Source: a virus (Duplodnaviria > Caudoviricetes). Taken from it: a DNA stretch of 64,000 bases. Where the stretch lies: positions 96,001 to 160,000 of the IMG/VR virus record IMGVR_UViG_3300037424_000564, one strand, 5' to 3'. The notes under the pieces are model-generated. The model saw only the letters and a program-made list of their open reading frames with translations, was not told the DNA's origin and did not search any database. This document shows, piece by piece, positions 57,354 to 64,000 of this stretch. The position numbers and the translations under genes are program-made. Position 1 is the stretch's first letter. Every line of letters begins with the position of its first letter.

Positions 57354-57362
57354 ATTATTTCC

Positions 57363-57659
57363 TTATCCTGATAAACCTCTTACCCATCCAATCCAACAAG
57401 GTGCCATGGGAGATTTTTGCATGAACATAATGTAAAGATAATCTCCTACATCAGGTATTTCACCTGAATTTTGTTTACTAGGAGCTATGTGATTGGCCCA
57501 AATAGAATTTTCAGGAACATCATTAGACATATCATGAATACCTAAAACTCTAACTCTAACACGTTCAAGAGCTTTAGGATCTTCATTACTTACAACAAGA
57601 CCAAAAAATAATCCACCTAGATCTATTTCATTATTTATATCGAATTCATACCCCAACAT
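57363..57659 (-). CDS. Stand-alone gp5 N-terminal OB-fold domain
   Basis: GLVVSNEDP...RVRVRVLGIH...WA...IPDVGD. Confidence 0.85.
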   Translation of the reverse strand: MLGYEFDINNEIDLGGLFFGLVVSNEDPKALERVRVRVLGIHDMSNDVPENSIWANHIAPSKQNSGEIPDVGDYLYIMFMQKSPMAPCWIGWVRGLSG

Positions 57660-57667
57660 ATATTATC

Positions 57668-58924
57668 TCACTTTTCCCATTTGATAATATCAGATTCAAA
57701 TTCCTTATATCCATCTGATACTAACGTTATATATTGTTTATAATCTTCATATAATGAAAATACATGTTTTATTTCACGAATAAGATACATGCCTTTAAAT
57801 AATTTATTATCAGTAACATCAGGATTGGAAGTATTTTTACCATCTTGTGATGGATATTCTAATAATGTCAACCATCCTGCTCTACGTGTAGTTTCACCTA
57901 AACATGATATATTTATTTTAAAAGCATCAGTAGTTAAAAAGGAATATTTATTATTCAAATGACCTTCTATAAAATCTTTTAAAGTTTGTGTATTATTACT
58001 TTCTGCTGTTTGAGGAAACAACGGAACAAAACTAGAAGATGTATATTTTGGTTCCAAGAAAGCTGTAGGTAATGGAAACTTATTAGCTAATCTAGTTTGT
58101 GTTGTTTTATTAATTCCAATATCTGTTATAGTAAATTTACTATTATTATAATCAAAAGCATATATATCAGTTTTAGGTAAACCATTATTTACCATTCGAA
58201 CTGTATCATAACAGCTTTCAATATTCATTTCCATTACTCTACCTTGATATCTAATATTGGTTGGATTAACTATAAAGGATTCATATTTACCTAAACTACC
58301 TTTTGTTAAATAGTCTAAAGATGTTACATTTACTTTATCTGTTTTAAAATCAGTCCAACATAAAAATCCACCATTTGATTCTTCATTTGTAGAAAATCCT
58401 AATAGATATTTAATGGAATGATATGGTGTCCATAATGGAGTGACGAAGTTTTCAAGTGATTGTTTTGTTTTTTCTACTAATCCTATTTCTGCACCACATT
58501 CTTTTAATAAATCAACTACAATTTCACTAGTGGTAACTTCTTTATCAACTTTTCCATATGGTTTAGATACAAGTCTAGTAAATGCATCAATTAACCAAGA
58601 TGAACAAAATCCTAATTGCAACGCATCATATGTATTATGAGGAAGAAAGATTGAACCTTCATTTGTATAAATTTTATATTTTAATGTCAGTTCATTTTCT
58701 TCAGAACCATCAACAGCAAAACTCAATATAATTTCGTCATTAGCAAAAATATTACCTATTTCTTGAAGACCTTCATAATCTCTTATGTTAATAACACCAA
58801 CAATACCCGGTTGTGTTATAGATTCATATATCTCAACAACAGTAATATTGGCTAGATTTATCTCATGTTCTTTTATTGTTACTTTACGTAACTTTAAAAT
58901 TTCAAATGTTTCGTTATTATCCAT
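57668..58924 (-). CDS. Baseplate hub protein (gp27-like by position)
   Basis: IYESITQPGIVG, GMYLIREIKH; sits between gp53 and gp5. Confidence 0.6.
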   Translation of the reverse strand: MDNNETFEILKLRKVTIKEHEINLANITVVEIYESITQPGIVGVINIRDYEGLQEIGNIFANDEIILSFAVDGSEENELTLKYKIYTNEGSIFLPHNTYDALQLGFCSSWLIDAFTRLVSKPYGKVDKEVTTSEIVVDLLKECGAEIGLVEKTKQSLENFVTPLWTPYHSIKYLLGFSTNEESNGGFLCWTDFKTDKVNVTSLDYLTKGSLGKYESFIVNPTNIRYQGRVMEMNIESCYDTVRMVNNGLPKTDIYAFDYNNSKFTITDIGINKTTQTRLANKFPLPTAFLEPKYTSSSFVPLFPQTAESNNTQTLKDFIEGHLNNKYSFLTTDAFKINISCLGETTRRAGWLTLLEYPSQDGKNTSNPDVTDNKLFKGMYLIREIKHVFSLYEDYKQYITLVSDGYKEFESDIIKWEK

Positions 58925-59432
58925 TTAAGATTGCTTCCCTATATTTCCAAATAATATCTTTTACAGTTTGTTTTTTTGGTACAATTATATTACGTTTATC
59001 TTCATTCGTTGCATTAATTAATCTAGCATATGTATTGTATGAAAATTTATGTTCAGTATTATATATTCTATTTGTGACTTCTATTATTTGGCTTTGAGTT
59101 AAAGGCCAATCATTATATGGATCTTTAATATCATTAAAAATAGCAATAATCCACCATAAATTTACATCACCATATAAATCGTATGCTATTGTCTGCATAG
59201 TATCATTATCTTTTATTTCATAATTAATAATAACTTCAATATTATCTTTATAATTAAAAACAACATCAAACTTATCAAAAAGATTTTTAACTGTGGTTTT
59301 TATTGGTTGTTTATTTGTAAAAGTATATTTATCATCAATTGATATATTATTAACTTTATTTAAAGTATTTAAATATCCACTTAGATCATAATCAATATCT
59401 ACAAATTGATCAAAATATGAAAATTCAGCCAT
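58917..59432 (-). CDS. gp53: Baseplate wedge protein gp53
   Basis: IAYDLYGDVNLWWIIAIFNDIKDPYNDWPL. Confidence 0.9.
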   Translation of the reverse strand: MAEFSYFDQFVDIDYDLSGYLNTLNKVNNISIDDKYTFTNKQPIKTTVKNLFDKFDVVFNYKDNIEVIINYEIKDNDTMQTIAYDLYGDVNLWWIIAIFNDIKDPYNDWPLTQSQIIEVTNRIYNTEHKFSYNTYARLINATNEDKRNIIVPKKQTVKDIIWKYREAILNG

Positions 59433-59436
59433 ATCT

Positions 59437-60171
59437 TTACTCCTCGTTAAGAATCCAATGTTTTTTGATATGTTGAAATGATAATGATAAATTTATTTGT
59501 ACTGGATTTTTATCATGGTATATAGCTGCACTTTCTTGTTCGGAAGTATATGAGACACTGCAATTAGTAAGTGCCATAAATTCATAACCTTCAATATCAT
59601 TAGATATACCTATACCATTTATACCGATAAATTTAATATCCCATAATGGAGGAAATTTTAATAATATACCAGTACTATTGTCATCATTAATAAGACTTGG
59701 CATAATATTTTTTTTAAAAGTTTTTGCTATCTTTACTATTGTATTTCCTTCATCTTGATCATATGGAACCAATTTAAAATTAAACGTTACTGACATAGGA
59801 TCTACATTTTGAAATATCAATATATCTGTTGGTAATGGTGCTACACCACCAACAGCTTTAGCTGAATTAATAATTTTACCACCATCAGCACCACTAAATC
59901 TTTCTGTTATATTAGAAACTAAAGCAGCACCCCAACTATTAGTACCTTGATAAATTGATTCTAAACCCCAAGTAGCATTTATATTTTCAGAAAAGTCTCC
60001 CGGCATATATAACGAAATATCAGGTATGCTATTTGGTTTCTTTTCTGCTTTAGCAGTTCCATTAAATGATTCTTTAGATGATGGTGTAGTATAATTATAT
60101 GATTGAAATAAAACAGATGGTATATTTTTATCATATTTTGTTGGATATCTATATGTTGCTTTATTTGCCAT
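59437..60171 (-). CDS. gp48: Baseplate tail-tube cap (gp48-like)
   Basis: LYMP, FNFKLVP, KFPPLW, ALTNCSVSY, NLSLSF. Confidence 0.8.
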   Translation of the reverse strand: MANKATYRYPTKYDKNIPSVLFQSYNYTTPSSKESFNGTAKAEKKPNSIPDISLYMPGDFSENINATWGLESIYQGTNSWGAALVSNITERFSGADGGKIINSAKAVGGVAPLPTDILIFQNVDPMSVTFNFKLVPYDQDEGNTIVKIAKTFKKNIMPSLINDDNSTGILLKFPPLWDIKFIGINGIGISNDIEGYEFMALTNCSVSYTSEQESAAIYHDKNPVQINLSLSFQHIKKHWILNEE

Positions 60172-62687
60172 TAATATGACCTCGCCAATCTACCAATATA
60201 TGATTGTGTATCACCAGTTACGATAATTGATGGAGGAATAACAGGACTACTACCTCCACCTGAACTAATACTTATATTATTTATCGCTTCTCTTGTTGTG
60301 TTAAATAATTTTTGTTGATTTCTCATATCAGTTATAGTTTCAGTATTTTTTAAAGTTGATCCTTCTGACACTTGATTTCGTCCATTTGTATTATTAATAA
60401 TATTATTAACGCCACCCTCATTAGTTAATCTAACAATAGGAGATTTCACTGTTGGTAGATTTCCAATGCTTGCAGGAGTAACGTTTGAAATAACCAAACC
60501 ACCGTCTGTTTTTGTTATATTTTCTTGATTGTTTATATTAGAACTATTGACTAATGACCCCATGCTAGGAACTGTTTGTGCTGATGAAGGAGCTGTATCT
60601 GTTTTCATTCTATTTAACGTATCAACACGATCTTTTTTGGCTACTGCTTTTTCTTTTTTGTCATCCCCGAAAAATTTATTGAATCCTTTACCTAATAATC
60701 CAACAGGGCTAAATTCAACCATTGCTGATAAACCTTTATATATTGTTTCAGGTTTAACTAGTCCTAATGATAGTGAAGATAAGGCACCAGCCGCAGTAGC
60801 CCCTGTTTTTTGTAATACTGATGCTTTTTCGCCTTTTTTAAGACCAGCTATTTGATCCGCATTTTTGAACCCCTTAAATCCACCGTGTATTGCCTGTCCA
60901 GCAGTTATAGCTAGTCCAATAGGACCAGCAAATTTAGCTAAACCACCTAGAAGAGGACCAGCTTTGCTAAGTAAACCAGCACCCTTAGATAGCAAACCAC
61001 CACCTGCTGCACTAGATAACAAACCACCACCTTTAGATAGTAAACCACCACCAGCTTTAGATACTTTAGTTAACAGTTTTCCTATTGTTGATGTTCCCTT
61101 TGGTCCTTTTGGTCCTTTTGAAGTAATTAAATCAGGGAAACCTCCATTTAATCCACCACGCATTTCATGCCAGTTAGTTATATATACTGGTGATCCTTCT
61201 CTACCAACAGCTTTAACTACAGTACTCAAACCGGGAATTTTTTTAATAAATTTATTTTTAGATAATGCACCAGTTAATTTACTGAATATAGATGATGATA
61301 TATTACTTAGAAATCCACTTTTCTCTGGTTGAGCTTCACCTTCAGTGCCTTCTTCTATTGTACCTTTACCTCCAAATAATGACCTAGCAGAAAGAATATT
61401 TTTAGGTTTAGATAATAAACTACCTCTAGCAACAGCATCTCTAGAATCTTCAAGAGCTTCTTCTGCGGTATGTTCTAATTTTTTTAAAGGTATTAATCTA
61501 TCAGCAATTAATTTTAATAATTGAGTAGTATTATCTTTAGCAGGAGTTACAGTTACTGTTTCTCCTTTATGAACTCTGAGATTATCTATTAATCCACCAG
61601 CACCAGATTCCTGTCCACCTTTAACACCAAATCGACCGCCTGTTTTAGCAGAGAAAGAAGACGATAAACCACCTGATCGTTTAAGTGATTTTATTAGTTT
61701 ACGCATTTCATCATTTGGTTCTGATGCTGCGAATGAAAGACCTTCGACACCTTTTTTTGATGTCGAAGCGGTGTGTCTTAATGATTTTCTGAAATTATAT
61801 ATTTCACTTTTTATGTTATTTTCTTTTTGCATTCTCTCATTTCTTTTTTGTGAAAGAGAAGTTGATAGCATCATTAATCCAGCAGAACCACCTAATAAAC
61901 CAGCCGCTTTTAATCCAAGAAGACCTGCTGATTTTAATTTTTCTTTACCTGATTCTTTTTTGAATTCGCCTGCTCTTTTTATAAGAGCATTTATTCCTTC
62001 AGGTATAGCCAACGGCAAACCACTACCCAAAGCAAGAGAAGCAGCTATAGCTGTTGCATTAACTCCTACTTTAGCATATTTTTTTACTTTACTAGTAACA
62101 ATTAATGTTTTTATTACATCAGATTCACCCTTAGCGAATGTACTGATTTCATTTAAAATAGCATTTGCTATAGTTATACTGTTTATTGTTGCCTTATGAA
62201 TCTTTACATCTTTTTTAATTTCTTCATTTATTTTACGTAATTCTTTGGATTTTTCGGTTATTTGAAGTTTAAGAGTATTTGAATTAGATATATCTAATTT
62301 AGATTTTCTTTTTTTACCCGCACCAATGTGTTTTAATTGTAATTTTAAATATGAAATATCATTTTCTAATAATTTTTTATTTACTTCTTTAATATATTTT
62401 TCTTTTTTATATTCTTTATTAGTAGTAACTTTTAATTCAGTAGAAAACTTTTTAAATTCGGTGAATGATTCATTAAGAGCCTTCTTTTGAGAATCGACAA
62501 AACTTTTTTTACCTATTAATTTTTGGCTTTCGTCAAAAGTATTTTTTAAATTAAGACTAACAAAAGACATGATTGAATATAACATAGTTCTTAACGATGT
62601 TACTTGCACCATATCATTTTTTCTTTGAATTTTAGCTTCAAAGATACGTAATGCTTGTTCGAATTTATCTAATGTTGTTTTTGCCAT
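60171..62687 (-). CDS. Tape-measure-like / gp29-like tail protein
   Basis: Helical N-terminus, Gly/Ala/Leu-rich GGGLLSK repeats, position after the chaperone-like pair. Confidence 0.65.
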   Translation of the reverse strand: MAKTTLDKFEQALRIFEAKIQRKNDMVQVTSLRTMLYSIMSFVSLNLKNTFDESQKLIGKKSFVDSQKKALNESFTEFKKFSTELKVTTNKEYKKEKYIKEVNKKLLENDISYLKLQLKHIGAGKKRKSKLDISNSNTLKLQITEKSKELRKINEEIKKDVKIHKATINSITIANAILNEISTFAKGESDVIKTLIVTSKVKKYAKVGVNATAIAASLALGSGLPLAIPEGINALIKRAGEFKKESGKEKLKSAGLLGLKAAGLLGGSAGLMMLSTSLSQKRNERMQKENNIKSEIYNFRKSLRHTASTSKKGVEGLSFAASEPNDEMRKLIKSLKRSGGLSSSFSAKTGGRFGVKGGQESGAGGLIDNLRVHKGETVTVTPAKDNTTQLLKLIADRLIPLKKLEHTAEEALEDSRDAVARGSLLSKPKNILSARSLFGGKGTIEEGTEGEAQPEKSGFLSNISSSIFSKLTGALSKNKFIKKIPGLSTVVKAVGREGSPVYITNWHEMRGGLNGGFPDLITSKGPKGPKGTSTIGKLLTKVSKAGGGLLSKGGGLLSSAAGGGLLSKGAGLLSKAGPLLGGLAKFAGPIGLAITAGQAIHGGFKGFKNADQIAGLKKGEKASVLQKTGATAAGALSSLSLGLVKPETIYKGLSAMVEFSPVGLLGKGFNKFFGDDKKEKAVAKKDRVDTLNRMKTDTAPSSAQTVPSMGSLVNSSNINNQENITKTDGGLVISNVTPASIGNLPTVKSPIVRLTNEGGVNNIINNTNGRNQVSEGSTLKNTETITDMRNQQKLFNTTREAINNISISSGGGSSPVIPPSIIVTGDTQSYIGRLARSY

Positions 62688-62689
62688 AT

Positions 62690-62881
62690 TTATCTACCAA
62701 TAGTTGATTTAGCTGCTACTCTATCTTTTATATCTTTAATACACATCGCATGATATATTTCCAATTCAAAAGGATACATATCAAATATTTCAAATGTACT
62801 ATATCCACTTTCTTTTTTCATAGCATACATCATAGTATAAAGTTCAGATATAGATATATCAAAGATTATAAAACTAAAAAA
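62690..62881 (-). CDS. gp51-like segment, probably the -1 frameshift extension of the upstream gene
   Basis: Own translation FFSFIIFDISISELYTMMYAMKKESGYSTFEIFDMYPFELEIYHAMC...; open from T-TTT-TTA at 62875-62881; no clear RBS. Confidence 0.7.
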   Translation of the reverse strand, partial: FFSFIIFDISISELYTMMYAMKKESGYSTFEIFDMYPFELEIYHAMCIKDIKDRVAAKSTIGR

Positions 62882-63582
62882 CTTAACAAATCACCAAAGT
62901 CAATTTTAATATCTTCTTTACATTTAATACACTTAATTGTTCTACTTAGAGATACATCTGAAATTTTAGAATTAAAACTTTTATAAATTTTTTCCATATC
63001 AAGAGGATCAAGAGGATCAAGGAATGTAATAACTTCATCTTCAGTAAATGAAGTATATGTTGTATCTTTATATGTAATACCTACTATTGAATTAATAATA
63101 TAATAGTAAGTATATTTTGCATCAGAAGATCCATACTTTTTCATTAAATCCATAGATTTATTATAAGAAAGATCGCCAAATGTAATAATTAAATCATTAT
63201 TTACAGGAACAGGTGACATATCAAATTTTTTAACCACTAGATTATCAGTAAGATTTACTTCATCCTGCAAAGACATATTACATTTAGGACATTTGTAGTT
63301 ATATTCAATCGTTTCACCTTTAGAAAGTTTTCTAATTTCAACACAAACTTTTTTGATATCTTGTTCTGATAATACATTAAATTTAGCTGTATCATCAACA
63401 CAATTTTTTAAAAACGAGATTATATATTTAATTTTATTTGCTTCTGCATCTTCTTCAGATTCTAATGCAAATAATAGTTCCTTTTCATCTTTAACTTTCC
63501 AACCTCGCGCACCGATTGCTTTACCTGATGGTAAATTGTTTTTAACAAAATTCACTTCTTCGTTCATTTTTGGTAGTGCCAT
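62866..63582 (-). CDS. gp26: gp26-like baseplate hub / tail assembly chaperone
   Basis: WKVKDEKELL, EIRKLSKGE, CPKC...CIKC, DLLSFLVL. Confidence 0.8.
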   Translation of the reverse strand: MALPKMNEEVNFVKNNLPSGKAIGARGWKVKDEKELLFALESEEDAEANKIKYIISFLKNCVDDTAKFNVLSEQDIKKVCVEIRKLSKGETIEYNYKCPKCNMSLQDEVNLTDNLVVKKFDMSPVPVNNDLIITFGDLSYNKSMDLMKKYGSSDAKYTYYYIINSIVGITYKDTTYTSFTEDEVITFLDPLDPLDMEKIYKSFNSKISDVSLSRTIKCIKCKEDIKIDFGDLLSFLVL

Positions 63583-63595
63583 GATTTATCTCCTT

Positions 63596-64000
63596 TTATT
63601 TGTTCCATTCTTGTCTGGAATCTCTATTGCCATTTGTTGAAATATGATAGTTATCGCTGTTATCTAACGGAGTTATATTATGAAACATGTATTTAAATTT
63701 TACAGTTGTTTGAATTACTTCACCACCTCTAGAATAGTTATAAGTAATACCAGATACATCATATGGAAATACATTAACAAATCTATCACAATAATAAGCA
63801 TCACCATGATAGTTCAATGGAAATATTAAAAATTCTGATGGACTTGGCATATAATCTGCCATATAATTACGAACAACCCCATTCTCAGATACATTCACTG
63901 CTTCTGACATCCAAGAGAAAAAGAATCGTCTTAATAACAAGTCAGGAGTTTCATAGAATGTTATTGAAAGATCAGAGTCTGTTCTGCCTTTGAAGTAAAA
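63596..64000 (-). CDS. gp54/gp19-like tail tube family protein (partial)
   Basis: Frame open to the window end: LSITFYETPD...FFFSWM...VKFKY. Confidence 0.7.
   Translation of the reverse strand, partial: FYFKGRTDSDLSITFYETPDLLLRRFFFSWMSEAVNVSENGVVRNYMADYMPSPSEFLIFPLNYHGDAYYCDRFVNVFPYDVSGITYNYSRGGEVIQTTVKFKYMFHNITPLDNSDNYHISTNGNRDSRQEWNK

Noticed and set aside
60960-61070. ~21-nt tandem repeats in the tail gene
   Set aside because: They simply encode GGGLLSK low-complexity repeats typical of tape-measure-like proteins.
1825-63640. Many plus-strand ORFs in the track (e.g. 1825-2124, 34025-34219, 60529-61332, 61771-62199)
   Set aside because: They are antisense shadows of real minus-strand genes or of the ncRNA, with no RBS or recognisable domains.
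1-64000. CRISPR arrays and tRNA genes
   Set aside because: No regularly spaced repeat-spacer series and no cloverleaf with T-loop consensus seen by eye; a tRNAscan run would be definitive.

Overview
An AT-rich segment of a large T4-like (myovirus-type) dsDNA phage genome, standard genetic code, with almost all genes on the minus strand. Core T4-like modules are gp43 DNA polymerase, gp61 primase, gp41 helicase, RNase H/5'-exonuclease, class II RNR (nrdJ), UvsX, gp46/gp47, gp55 late sigma, UvsW, UvsY and a baseplate/tail block (split gp5, gp53, gp48, tape-measure-like, gp26/gp51-like, partial gp54-like). Between them lie accessory regions of small genes driven by repeated sigma70-type promoters. 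These encode NAD salvage (NAMPT, NMNAT-Nudix), a WGR-PARP, RNA-repair-type enzymes, an HD hydrolase, ferritin, glycosyltransferases and free-standing homing endonucleases. The most striking observations: (1) an RlmN/Cfr-like radical SAM enzyme split in two, with the catalytic AACGQL cysteine segment encoded as an unannotated 47-aa peptide 1.9 kb away and the resolving cysteine lost; (2) a ~330-nt structured non-coding region directly behind an SH3/WYL-like gene; (3) a circularly permuted 2H phosphoesterase upstream of the PARP; (4) promoters built into hairpins that would hide the downstream ribosome-binding site on read-through mRNA; (5) a U-UUU-UUA -1 frameshift site just upstream of the tape-measure gene. 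All family assignments come from motif recognition by eye; no database searches were run.
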